A DNA stretch of 64,000 nt, taken from NCBI GenBank assembly GCA_046759185.1, contig JBHIBO010000003.1, positions 18,865 to 82,864 on the forward strand, given 5' to 3'. The notes under the pieces are model-generated. The model had not been told where the DNA came from. It searched no databases and worked only from the letters and a program-made list of their open reading frames with translations. Origin of the DNA: Thermoplasmata archaeon. GTDB taxonomy: Archaea; Thermoplasmatota; Thermoplasmata; RBG-16-68-12; JAJISG01. This document shows, piece by piece, positions 48,368 to 57,414 of the stretch. Numbering within the stretch: position 1 is the first letter of the stretch; every line of letters starts with the position of its first letter. Made by a program: the position numbers and the translations under genes.

Positions 48368-49918
48368 TTGACCGTGAATCGGCTGCTGCCCATTCTCCTT
48401 CTCGCCGCGTTGATCCCCGTTCTTGCCATGGGCCAGCCGGCTCGTGGGCAGAATCTCGCTGAGATCTTTGACGTCGACGAGACCTATACCAAGGACTTGC
48501 CGGCAGGCGAGACCGTCAGCTTCACCTGGTTGACCTACAACCGTGACACAACCGACGTGCTCTTCCAAACGCAAGTGGAGCCCACCTCCGATGCCGACTG
48601 GTCGGCCGGTGTCGCGCCCGCCTTCCGAATCCTCGCGCCGGGGGAGTCGACGGAAGTGAACCTCACGGTGTCTTCCCTCTTTGATGCGCAAGAGCAGTCA
48701 GTCAGCTTCACCGTCACCCTTTCCCTCGTCCGGGCCGGAGACCCCGCCGTCAACGAGACCTGGGTTCGTAGCGCCACAGTGAATCTGGTGCCGGCTCCAC
48801 CTCCCCTGCCAACGGGGAACCTGATTCTGGGGATCTTCGAGAACCCACTCCCCCCTCCCTTCAACTCCCGCGCCGTGACCTTCGTGATCAACATCGCCTT
48901 CTGGGGCGTCATCGCAGGCATCGCCGTGCTGGTTCTGACACCCATCCTCCGTCGGCTATTCCGGAAGACGAAGACAGAGTTGGACGACGTCGTCCTACAC
49001 ATCGTGCGAGGGCCCCTCATCCTGCTACTGCTGACCTACGGCGCGGTGCAGTCCGTGGCTGTGCTCCAGCCCCCCATCGAGGTCACCAACACCCTCTTCC
49101 TCGCCTACACTGTAGTCCTGATTGCTACGCTGACCTGGGTCGCCTACCGCCTCTTCCACGGGGTCCTGATCGAGTTTGGACGAAGGGCGGCGAGGACCCG
49201 TCAGGCCACCGTCTTTGGGAGGATCCTACCCCTTCTCAACGTGATGGGGGCCATCACCATCTTCGTCGGGGGCGCGGCGGCACTCCTGGCCGCCTTCGGG
49301 TACGATCTGACGGCCTTCCTCGTGGGGGCGGGTGTCCTCGGCATCGCCATTGCCTTTGCGGCCCAGGAAAGCCTCTCCAACTTCTTCAGCGGCATCTTCC
49401 TCATGCTTGATCAACCCTTCAAGGAGGGTGACCTGGTGGAGATCGACGGGGACCGAGCCCGGGTCGAGAAGATCGGCATCCGCAGCACCATCCTCTACCA
49501 CAGACCCTCCCACAAGCTCCTGGTAGTCCCCAACAACAAGATGGCAGGGGACGTGGTCGTGAACCTCGCCAAGCCGGACCTGGCGATCCGCCAGAGCACC
49601 ACGGTGGGGGTCGCGTACGGCTCGGACCTGGAGACCGTAAAGACGATCCTTGCCGAGTCCGCGTCGGACCATCCTGGCGTCCACAAGAGCCAACCGGGTC
49701 GCCAGCCATATGCCCGCCTGGAGGAGTTCGGCGACTACGCCCTCATCTTCAAGCTCAAGTTTTGGGTGAAGGATGCGGACCTGCTGAACCGAGTGCGAGG
49801 CGAGGTGAATGAGACCATCGTGCAGCGCCTCACGGAGGCGGGCATCGAGATTCCGCCACCCATGATGACCGTGGAGCTGGAGGAGGGAGAGGGGAAGCCG
49901 CCCACTGAGGAGCGCTAG
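48368..49918 (+). CDS. mechanosensitive ion channel MscS family, with an N-terminal extracellular domain
   Basis: Signal peptide plus a roughly 170-aa extracytoplasmic region. The MscS pore helix and beta-domain are GAGVLGIAIAFAAQESLSNFFSGIFLMLDQPFKEGDLVEIDG...GIRSTIL. Confidence 0.85.
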   Translation: MTVNRLLPILLLAALIPVLAMGQPARGQNLAEIFDVDETYTKDLPAGETVSFTWLTYNRDTTDVLFQTQVEPTSDADWSAGVAPAFRILAPGESTEVNLTVSSLFDAQEQSVSFTVTLSLVRAGDPAVNETWVRSATVNLVPAPPPLPTGNLILGIFENPLPPPFNSRAVTFVINIAFWGVIAGIAVLVLTPILRRLFRKTKTELDDVVLHIVRGPLILLLLTYGAVQSVAVLQPPIEVTNTLFLAYTVVLIATLTWVAYRLFHGVLIEFGRRAARTRQATVFGRILPLLNVMGAITIFVGGAAALLAAFGYDLTAFLVGAGVLGIAIAFAAQESLSNFFSGIFLMLDQPFKEGDLVEIDGDRARVEKIGIRSTILYHRPSHKLLVVPNNKMAGDVVVNLAKPDLAIRQSTTVGVAYGSDLETVKTILAESASDHPGVHKSQPGRQPYARLEEFGDYALIFKLKFWVKDADLLNRVRGEVNETIVQRLTEAGIEIPPPMMTVELEEGEGKPPTEER

Positions 49919-50040
49919 TAGGATTCCACCTCATCGCCAGCGCACCTCATCGTGTTCCCGGAATGCGCCCTTCCTATCATCCCGCTCACCAAAACCGCGT
50001 TAAAGGAAGGTGAAGTGCGATCGCCCTACCAATCGAGGGC

Positions 50041-50075
50041 AAGCAAAAGGAAAGCGGGTCGCGTGGTGGCGACCC
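50041..50075 (-). terminator. hairpin plus T-rich tract downstream of the SnoaL-like gene
   Basis: On the minus strand GGGTCGC-CACCAC-GCGACCC is followed by GCTTTCCTTTTGCTT. It begins about 25 nt after the stop of the 50099..50536 gene. Confidence 0.4.
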
Positions 50076-50098
50076 GTGAAACAGAACGAGGGTGGTTC

Positions 50099-50536
50099 TC
50101 ACTCGTTCTCAGGGACCAGACCGAGCTGGGCCATGAAGCCGAGCATGTCGAAGTACGAGCGCTGCTCGGTAATCTTCCCGTTCTCGACCTTGACGACGTC
50201 CGCGGACCACATCCTGATGGTCTTGTTCGTCGGGGGGACCTCCGATCCGTCGGGGTTGACGAGGGTGCCCGTGTGGGTTCCCTCGAGTTCCTCCTCGACC
50301 ACGACCCAGTCGCCCTGGCCAAAGCTGTTGACGATGGTCCCCTTGAGGTCCCCGAACGCGTCGAAGAAGGGTCTCATCCATCCCTTGACGGCGTCGACTC
50401 CCTTCAGGGGCTCCTCGAGGCCAGGCGCGTGGGCGACGACGCTCTCTGCGTAAGCTTCGAAAGCGCGATCCCAATCGCGGGCATTCAGGGCCTCATCCCG
50501 CTCTTCCAATAGACTAATCTTCTCTTCGATTCCCAT
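50099..50536 (-). CDS. SnoaL-like / ester cyclase (NTF2-like fold) protein
   Basis: 145 aa. It is a paralog of the gene at 53097, sharing WDRxFxxYAESVV...GQGDWVVxE...GTHxG...PTNKxI. Confidence 0.8.
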   Translation of the reverse strand: MGIEEKISLLEERDEALNARDWDRAFEAYAESVVAHAPGLEEPLKGVDAVKGWMRPFFDAFGDLKGTIVNSFGQGDWVVVEEELEGTHTGTLVNPDGSEVPPTNKTIRMWSADVVKVENGKITEQRSYFDMLGFMAQLGLVPENE

Positions 50537-50719
50537 GGTACTCTCTTCCTTGAGTCTGATTCCTCTCGGGCTGGAAATCTCTCTTTAGCATTGGGCCATT
50601 TGAGTGGTCGGCCGCAGCCGGAGAACTCCCTCCCCGAGGCTAAGCCACCTACTTTTACGCCATTATAAAGGGCTTACGGGTTCCGCCGCATCTGGCTCTG
50701 ACCGCAGACCGGCATCCTA

Positions 50720-50998
50720 CTATACCGGAATGCGGAGCACCGTTTGGCCTCTTCCTCGATACCCGCGGGAGAGCTCTCTCCAGACAGCCGGCATTGGGTT
50801 GCCCTTCTCGTCCCGGCGATAGTAGTCCAGAATTCGACCGACCTGCCCGTCCTCCCCGATCTCCAAGAGCAAGGCGTTCCGTACCCGGGCCGCGGAGTCG
50901 GCTTCCATCTCATCCTCGAAACGGGCTACGTACGGCGTCTGATCCAGCCACCAGAAGATGAGGTACTGCGGCCGAGCTTCTCGACTCTCGATGGTCAT
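50720..50998 (-). CDS. hypothetical small protein (92 aa); the strand assignment is ambiguous
   Basis: It is the protein-like C-terminal part of ORF 50720..51670 (MTIESREARPQYLIFWWLDQTPYVARFEDEM...). An antisense + ORF 50744..51019 is about equally plausible. Confidence 0.3.
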   Translation of the reverse strand: MTIESREARPQYLIFWWLDQTPYVARFEDEMEADSAARVRNALLLEIGEDGQVGRILDYYRRDEKGNPMPAVWRELSRGYRGRGQTVLRIPV

Positions 50999-51175
50999 AT
51001 TCCTCGCGGCCCTGCGTGAGGCGTCGCTGTCAGCGGATAAGTAAGTGCTGGACTCAATATCAAGGCCGATAGTGGTCCCGAACCAGTGCCCATTTTCGGA
51101 GCTACTTGCTCTCTGCCGGGCAGGGATGCCCAAATAACCACTTGTCTTTACCTGGGAGGCGGGAGTGAACGGATC

Positions 51176-52171
51176 ATGCGTTTCTTCGTTACGGGGGCCA
51201 CGGGGTTCATTGGCAGCCATCTCGTCCGCCAGCTCACGGAGGGTGAACAGGAGGTCGCTGCCCTCGTCCGAACGCCCCCTGCGGCCCGTCCCCTCGCAGA
51301 CCTGGGTGTCGACATCTACAAGGGCGACGTCACGGCCAAAGAGAGCTTGCGCGCACCCATGGAGGGGGTCGACGGTGTCTTTCACCTTGCGGCCTGGTTT
51401 AAGGTCGGTGTCTGGGACCACCGCCTGGCCGTGCCCGTCAACGTAGATGGTACACGAAACGTCCTGGAGCTCATGGAGGAGCTTGAGATTCCCCGCGGGG
51501 TGTTCACGAGCTCCCTGGCTGCCTTCGGCGACACGCATGGCAAGGTCGTCGACGAGACGTACCGCCCGGCGGGTCGATTTCCCAGCGAGTACGACCGGAC
51601 GAAGTGGATGGCACAGTTCCAGGTGGCGGAGCCCATGATGAAGGCGGGGCTGCCGTTGATCGTCGTTCAACCCGGCCTCGTTTATGGGCCTGGGCTAACC
51701 GGTCCCCTTCGGGACCCCTTCGTGGACTTCCTGCGGGGAGACCTGGGATTTCTGCCGACGGGGAGCGCCTACGGCTGGGGCCATATCGACGACACGGTCC
51801 AGGGACACCTACGAGCCATGGAGCGCGGGCGGCCTGGAGAGAGCTACATCCTCTCCGGTCCACGTCACACCCTTGTCGAGGCCTTCGAGATCGCCGAACG
51901 GATCACCGGGATTCCCGCCCCCTCTCGCCGCGTCTCTCCCGGGACCCTCCGGTTCGTCGCGGGGCTCTCCAGCGTGTTTGGACGCCTCCTGCGTGTCTCA
52001 TGGCGGTACCACCCGGAGACCCTACGTACGGGGGCTGGGGTGACGTACCTTGGGGACAGCACCAAGGCGAAGGAGGAACTCGGCTTCGAGGCCCGGCCTC
52101 TTGAGGAGGGTCTGGGGGAATGGCTCGCATACGAGATGCACCTGCTTGGGATGGACCCCCCCAACGCCTGA
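51176..52171 (+). CDS. NAD-dependent epimerase/dehydratase (extended SDR)
   Basis: Trimmed to MRFFVTGATGFIGSHLVRQL, the Rossmann GxxGxxG. The catalytic YxxxK region is SEYDRTK. Confidence 0.85.
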   Translation: MRFFVTGATGFIGSHLVRQLTEGEQEVAALVRTPPAARPLADLGVDIYKGDVTAKESLRAPMEGVDGVFHLAAWFKVGVWDHRLAVPVNVDGTRNVLELMEELEIPRGVFTSSLAAFGDTHGKVVDETYRPAGRFPSEYDRTKWMAQFQVAEPMMKAGLPLIVVQPGLVYGPGLTGPLRDPFVDFLRGDLGFLPTGSAYGWGHIDDTVQGHLRAMERGRPGESYILSGPRHTLVEAFEIAERITGIPAPSRRVSPGTLRFVAGLSSVFGRLLRVSWRYHPETLRTGAGVTYLGDSTKAKEELGFEARPLEEGLGEWLAYEMHLLGMDPPNA

Positions 52172-52250
52172 ACCAACCTGTCCGTCGCGCCTTGCCGTTC
52201 CACCACTCGGGTCCGATTTTGGCCAGCGGCCTTGTGGTCGAGGTCTGACT

Positions 52251-52717
52251 GAGGGCGATGTCGCTTCCCGTGTCAGGCTCCTGCTCGTCATCGGCATCAT
52301 CACCGGTGTGGCCATACCCGTGTGGTATCTCGCCTTGCCGCTGTTCCTTGCCACACTGGGAAAGGAGGATGCCCCGGCCGGCTTCTACGGCGTTGTCGCC
52401 ACGGGGACCTTCATGGACGGGGAGCCGGGTCACGTGAGCTCAGGGGAGGCCAGGCTGCTCCACGACGGATCCGGATATGTGCTCCGCTTCGAGAGTGTCT
52501 TCGTCACGAACGGTCCCGGGCTCGCTGTCTACCTGGCAGCCGGCCTGCGAGTGGCCGAAGGCGACTTGGACCCGGGTCCCCTGAAGGCCAGTCAGGGGTC
52601 GTCCAATGCCCCATCCCCGACGGAGTCGATCCACGGAGCTTCCGCTACGTCGTTGTCTGGTGCCTTCCCTTCTCGATGCTGTTCGGCCTCGCGGCGCTGA
52701 CCTCTGCCGGAGGCTGA
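52251..52717 (+). pseudogene. DM13-domain membrane protein with a -1 frameshift in a C4 run (52609-52612); N-terminal start unresolved
   Basis: Frame 0 encodes a TM helix (LLLVIGIITGVAIPVWYLALPLFL) and the DM13 core (GTFMDGEPGHVSSGEARLLHDGSGYVLRFESVFVTNGPGLAVYL). The canonical DM13 C-terminus PIPDGVDPRSFRYVVVWCLPFSMLFGLAAL is in frame 2. Adding one C to GCCCCATCCCC joins them. There is no in-frame ATG/GTG/TTG between the upstream stop and the TM helix. Confidence 0.55.
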
Positions 52718-52745
52718 GCTCCGTTCCGTATCGGTGAGGGTGGAC

Positions 52746-53039
52746 CTAAGGCATCTTGCCGAGAATGCGCTCCATGTCTTCGGCGTTGTAGGCACGGAGG
52801 GTCTCGGTCCGAATGTTGCCTTGCGAGCCTAGGGTCAGGGCCACGGCGCTCGCCGTCTCATCGTCGGCGGCCTCCACAATCGCGACGGCATCGAAACGGC
52901 CGGAGGTCCAATGGAAGCTGAGGATCTTGACTCCCATCTGCTCAAAGAGGGCCGTTCCCTCCTGAAATCGCTTCGTCGTGTCCTTCACGTTCTGGATTCC
53001 CTTTCCAGTCCAGTTCAAGAGCGTTACATACGTGGGCAT
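52746..53039 (-). CDS. GYD-domain protein
   Basis: 97 aa, MPTYVTLLNWTGKGIQNVKDTTKRFQEG...SFHWTSGRFDAVAIVEAADDETA...TLRAY. This is the GYD family pattern. Confidence 0.75.
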   Translation of the reverse strand: MPTYVTLLNWTGKGIQNVKDTTKRFQEGTALFEQMGVKILSFHWTSGRFDAVAIVEAADDETASAVALTLGSQGNIRTETLRAYNAEDMERILGKMP

Positions 53040-53096
53040 GTGGTCTCACCTCCTCCCCTGCGGGTCTTGGGTACTTCGCGCGCCCCTCCTCGGCGC

Positions 53097-53528
53097 TCAC
53101 TCCGGGGCCAATCCGAGTTGGCCTAGGAATGAGAGGCTGTCGTAGTAATCGTGTTCCTCGGTGACCTTTCCGCCCTCGACCTTGAAGACCAATGCAACTG
53201 GGAGTTCGACCCTCTTGTTGGTGGGCGCGACCTCCTGCCCGCCGGGGCCGGGGAATGCCCCTCTGTGGGTGCCCGTGAAGACACCCTCCATCACCACCCA
53301 ATCGCCCTGCCCGAAGATCTGTCTCGTCTCGAGGTGCTGGTCGGGAAAGGCCTCCGCGTTCGTGTCGAATCGTTCCTTGTACGCCTCCAAGCCCTTGACA
53401 GGCTCCTCAAGGTCTGGCGCGGTGGTCACGATGGACTCTGCGCCGAACGCGAAGAACCGATCCCAGTCTTGGTTGTTGAACGCCTCGAAGCCCCCCCTTA
53501 CCAGCTCAATGTTCTCTTCGATACTCAT
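53097..53528 (-). CDS. SnoaL-like / ester cyclase (NTF2-like fold) protein
   Basis: Trimmed to MSIEENIELVRGGFEAFNNQDWDRFF. It is a paralog of the gene at 50099. Confidence 0.8.
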   Translation of the reverse strand: MSIEENIELVRGGFEAFNNQDWDRFFAFGAESIVTTAPDLEEPVKGLEAYKERFDTNAEAFPDQHLETRQIFGQGDWVVMEGVFTGTHRGAFPGPGGQEVAPTNKRVELPVALVFKVEGGKVTEEHDYYDSLSFLGQLGLAPE

Positions 53529-53632
53529 CTTTCTCCTCCCCCGGGGGTCCACGAACAACTGTGGAAGCCTTCGGCTCGTCGGTGAGCGACGAGGAGGCCT
53601 TAAGGCTGCCGTATCAGGGTGAGGTGTGGCCC

Positions 53633-54403
53633 TCAGGTGACGACGACGGTCCCCCGCATGTACGGATGCGGGATGCAGCCGTACGTGAACGTTCCCGGCG
53701 TGGTGAACGTGTAGCTGAATCGATCGCCAGGGCGCATGCTGCCGGAATCAAAGCGGCCGACGTCGCTCGTGACTGTGTGGATGACGACATCCTGGTTGAC
53801 CCAGGTAACCGTCGTGCCGGCAGCGACCGTGTAGGTCCCCGGCAAATAAGGATTAGCCAGCTGGGGGTTGTCGGCGCCACGGACGATCTTGATGTCGGCG
53901 TCGATTTCCAAGGCAAGGGGTCCGATGAGGCCACCTGCGATAGTCCCCACGAGGATGCCGCCGACGGCGAAGCCCAGGACCCCGACCGCCAGAAGGCCCC
54001 CCGGGGATCGAGCCGAGGCCAGGCTGGGCACCCGTGACATTCCCTCCCGCGCCTGGATGCCCAGGACTGCGAAGACGATGACGAGGCCGAGCGTGGGAAT
54101 GCCCGAGATGAGAATCCAGAACGACGGATCCGCCGGATTACCGAGGGTCTCGAGGCTGAAGGGGAGCAACAGGGCGAAGAAGGCGGCGGCCGCGATGAGG
54201 CCAAGCCAGAGTCCCCAACGTCGCTTCATGAGTGCGCCGATGCTGCCGACGAAGAACAGCACGATGAACGGAACGGTAAAGCTCGCAAAGGTCGCGTCCA
54301 GTCGTCCGGTCACCGCGCCTTGAAGGGTGAGCACGGCGATCGCGAGTCCCACATAAGCAAGAGTCGCTGTGAGGACCCAAGCGCCGAAAGGTCTCTTCTC
54401 CAT
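53633..54403 (-). CDS. membrane-anchored type-1 (blue) copper protein, cupredoxin domain
   Basis: An N-terminal 4-5 TM region is followed by a cupredoxin domain with His (VIHTV) and the C-x2-H-x4-M ligand set in YGCIPHPYMRGTVVV. Confidence 0.8.
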   Translation of the reverse strand: MEKRPFGAWVLTATLAYVGLAIAVLTLQGAVTGRLDATFASFTVPFIVLFFVGSIGALMKRRWGLWLGLIAAAAFFALLLPFSLETLGNPADPSFWILISGIPTLGLVIVFAVLGIQAREGMSRVPSLASARSPGGLLAVGVLGFAVGGILVGTIAGGLIGPLALEIDADIKIVRGADNPQLANPYLPGTYTVAAGTTVTWVNQDVVIHTVTSDVGRFDSGSMRPGDRFSYTFTTPGTFTYGCIPHPYMRGTVVVT

Positions 54404-54448
54404 TTCACCATCGCCCTTCAGGCTCGTCCCCGAGCTCGAGCGGCCTGG

Positions 54449-54781
54449 CTATTCCTCGGGCTCGACGATCTTGGTGTCCCCGGCTTCCCGGAGGAGAACG
54501 GCCTCCCCCGGAGCCTCCGTGAAGAACTTACCGCCTTCCTCGATCAGCCGCATCCAGGTCTCGTCCTTGTACTCCCGGAATGTGTCAAAGTCGCTGTAGG
54601 TCGTGCACTCCCACATGCTTGCCGTTGAAAAACGGCCGAACCCGAGGACGTAGAAGTACGTCCCTCGGTAGGTCCAACCGGGTGGCGCGTGCTTCTGGAA
54701 CAAGTCTTCGTTCTTCCCCACCCACTCCTGGTACTCTCTCGCCTTGCCTTCTTTCAGGTTCCCACTCTGGATATGAAGCAT
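54449..54781 (-). CDS. hypothetical protein (110 aa), possibly an alpha+beta barrel
   Basis: Protein-like ORF MLHIQSGNLKEGKAREYQEWVGKNEDLFQKHAPPGWTYRGTYFYVLGFGRFSTASMWE... No family recognised with confidence. Confidence 0.5.
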   Translation of the reverse strand: MLHIQSGNLKEGKAREYQEWVGKNEDLFQKHAPPGWTYRGTYFYVLGFGRFSTASMWECTTYSDFDTFREYKDETWMRLIEEGGKFFTEAPGEAVLLREAGDTKIVEPEE

Positions 54782-54883
54782 AGACTTCCTCCCTCCGCGC
54801 CCCCGAGGGTCCCCCCATACTTAAACTCGACACCGCACGCGAAAGGGGAAGGCCACGGAGGCCTCTGGGGCGAGCGGGATTAC

Positions 54884-55300
54884 ATGGAGCGAGAACGTAT
54901 TGCGACGGACACCCCCTGGGAAGCCCTGGTGGGATACTCGCGAGCCATGCGCGTGGGACTGCGTGTCTATGTCTCCGGGACCACGGCGACGGACTCCGAT
55001 GGACGGGTTGTGGGGCGAGGAGATCCCTACCTCCAAACCGTTCAGACGATTCGGAACATCCAGGCCGCGCTAGAACGGGCGGGATCCGGGCTCGCGGACG
55101 TCGTCCGGACTCGTATCTACGTCACAGACATCGAGACCTGGGAGGAAGTCGGGCGGGCCCACGGAGAGGCCTTCGGAGAGGTGCGCCCTGCGGCCACCAT
55201 GGTCGAAGTCCGTCGCCTCGTGGATCCCGAGATGCTTGTGGAGATGGAGGCGGATGCCATCCGGCAGGAGGTCCTCGGGGAGGAGGCCAAACAGGTTTGA
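54884..55300 (+). CDS. RidA/YjgF-family reactive-intermediate deaminase
   Basis: Trimmed to MERERIATDTPWEALVGYSRAMRVG...VRTRIYVTD...PAATMVEV (RidA family). Confidence 0.8.
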   Translation: MERERIATDTPWEALVGYSRAMRVGLRVYVSGTTATDSDGRVVGRGDPYLQTVQTIRNIQAALERAGSGLADVVRTRIYVTDIETWEEVGRAHGEAFGEVRPAATMVEVRRLVDPEMLVEMEADAIRQEVLGEEAKQV

Positions 55301-55352
55301 GATGCCGGGGTCGCTCCTGACGCCAGTCGGCCCGATCCAGAGTGACGTGGAC

Positions 55353-56072
55353 TCAATACTTCGCTCGCAGCCTCTCGTCCACCCTGACCATCCAATGGTG
55401 GAGCGGCGCCAGCTCCTGGGCGACGTCGAAGCAGCGGTCCACCAACTCTGGCTTCTGCAGGATCTCCGGCTCCTTGAAGTTCCTGTAGGCCCAGAGGCCG
55501 CCGTACTTCAACCAGTGGGCGCGCGGGTGATCCGGATCATATCCGCGGGGCACTCGCTTGTACTTCACCTCGCCGATTTCGTATCCGCCGGCCCGCTGCA
55601 GCGGCTTCATGGTCTCTTCTAGCTCGCGCCCAAGGGTTTCGTCGTCGACGGCCTCCCGATAGGCCTGCAGCATGGGTTTGGAGAACATGTGGTGGCCGCC
55701 ATGGATGCCCCAGCCCTCCCAATCGAAGCCGATACCGTACCCCGGGGACTCCATCTTCTTGCCAGGGCCTTCCCAGAACCCAAACCAGACGTGGGTGTTG
55801 TAGGGCGACTTGTCCTTGCTGAACCGGATGTCCCGGTAGATGCGCCCCATGGACCCCTGGCCGTTGGTCCGTGTGTCGTACCGGATACCCGGCGAGATCT
55901 CCTGCAGCTTCTGCCCCATGGCAACGACAAAGGATTGGGCAGGCGCCTGGACGTGATCCAGGTAGACCTGCTTGTACTTCTGAAACCAGTCCCGGTTGTT
56001 GTTCTCCTCCAGGGTCTGCAGGAAGTGGAGACCTTCCTCCGGGAACCCCGTGAACGGCGCGATGTCCCCCAT
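55353..56072 (-). CDS. DUF2461-family protein (TIGR02453)
   Basis: The N-terminus FTGFPEEGLHFLQTLEENNNRDWFQKYKQVYLDHV is the diagnostic DUF2461 opening. 239 aa. Confidence 0.8.
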   Translation of the reverse strand: MGDIAPFTGFPEEGLHFLQTLEENNNRDWFQKYKQVYLDHVQAPAQSFVVAMGQKLQEISPGIRYDTRTNGQGSMGRIYRDIRFSKDKSPYNTHVWFGFWEGPGKKMESPGYGIGFDWEGWGIHGGHHMFSKPMLQAYREAVDDETLGRELEETMKPLQRAGGYEIGEVKYKRVPRGYDPDHPRAHWLKYGGLWAYRNFKEPEILQKPELVDRCFDVAQELAPLHHWMVRVDERLRAKY

Positions 56073-56723
56073 GCTGGTTTCACCGACCGTATGTACATAA
56101 ACCCTGTTGTGAGGGCTAGAAGGGCTCGAACATCATGCGCCAGAGGATGACGAAGATGTCGGCCACGCCGATCCACGCCGCCGCCACCGGGTAGGCCGAC
56201 CCCAGGATGTCCTCCACGTCCTCCGGCTTCGGCCGTTCGTCGTCGGGGCCCTTCCACTGGCGCCCCATGGGAAGGCCGACCCCCAGGCCACGCGGAGCTT
56301 GTTGTGCGGGATGGCCCTCAGGGGCGTCATCACGAGGGTGAGGGCGAAGAACAAGCCGAGGGAGGTCCAGAACCACCCGAGCGGCCACCACCCCCCATGA
56401 CCCCCTGGGACCGCACCGCGCCCCAGGACCACGAGGAGGGAGAGGCTGAGGCCCCCGTAGGAGGCTGCCGAGACGTCGAGGAGTGCGCGCACCGGTTGAC
56501 ATCCCGTTCCCGTAGCGGGCGGAACGCCACTCCCGCGGAGGCGCCGTGGGAGAGCATGAAGACGAGAGCCGATCCGATGCGCACGAAGACGGATCCACTG
56601 ATGAACCACGCTGTCCCCCCCGGCGGCAACAGGAGGCCGCCCCTATGACTCCTCCCGATGCGGCGGCGGGGCGGCCGCCCAAGCCTGAAATATCGAAGGC
56701 GCATGCATCCATGAGAGACGGAG

Positions 56724-57407
56724 GTGCGGTCCACGGGGGAAGACCTCGATTCCCAGGTGAGGGCGGCGGAGGCGGAGTGGTTCGAGCATTGGAAACGGGG
56801 TCCTCGCCGACTGACCTGGTCATCCCTCCCGCCCCAAATCGGGGACGAGGCTCCCGACTTCGAGCTCGAGGATGCCTCGAGGCAGACCGTACGACTCCGT
56901 GACTTCTGGAAGGATGGCCCCGCGCTCCTCCTCTTCTGGCGCCACTACGGCTGCGGATGCGGCATGGACCGGGCTGAGCGGCTGCAAGAGGAATACGAGG
57001 CGTACCTCGCCGCGGGCGCCAACGTGGTGGTGATTGGGCAGGGGGAGCCGGAGCGTGCGGCTGCCTATGCGGAGAAGTACGGCCTTCCCTGCCCCGTCTT
57101 GAGTGACCCCGAACGGAAGGTCTACCGTGCGTATGGGCTGCTGGACTTCCAGGCATCGGAGGTGCTGTATGATGCCGACGAGGACCTCCAGCGGATGGAC
57201 TTGCAGGCGGGGATTCGCTTTGCCGATGAGCGCCGGGATCAGGGCCGCCCCCTGGTGGACAGTCCCTGGCAGCGACCGGGGGAGTTCGTCGTCGACCGGG
57301 ACGGCACTTTGCATCTGACCTACCGGTACCAATACTGCGAGGACTACCCCGACCCCCGGATCCTAGTCACAGCCCTTCGGGCCGCTGGTCGCGCCTCGGA
57401 TGGGTAG
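56724..57407 (+). CDS. AhpC/TSA-family redoxin (peroxiredoxin-like, thioredoxin fold)
   Basis: LLLFWRHYGCGCGMDRAERLQEEY, LPCPVLSDPERKVYRAYG and TYRYQYCEDYPDP. The GTG start at 56724 is uncertain. Confidence 0.7.
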   Translation: MRSTGEDLDSQVRAAEAEWFEHWKRGPRRLTWSSLPPQIGDEAPDFELEDASRQTVRLRDFWKDGPALLLFWRHYGCGCGMDRAERLQEEYEAYLAAGANVVVIGQGEPERAAAYAEKYGLPCPVLSDPERKVYRAYGLLDFQASEVLYDADEDLQRMDLQAGIRFADERRDQGRPLVDSPWQRPGEFVVDRDGTLHLTYRYQYCEDYPDPRILVTALRAAGRASDG

Positions 57408-57414
57408 GGCGTCG

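Noticed and set aside
50744-51019. 91-aa plus-strand ORF opposite the 92-aa minus-strand ORF
   Set aside because: There is no family match for either. Codon third-position GC is similar for both. The minus-strand ORF was kept at low confidence because its sequence is less low-complexity. It is unresolved.
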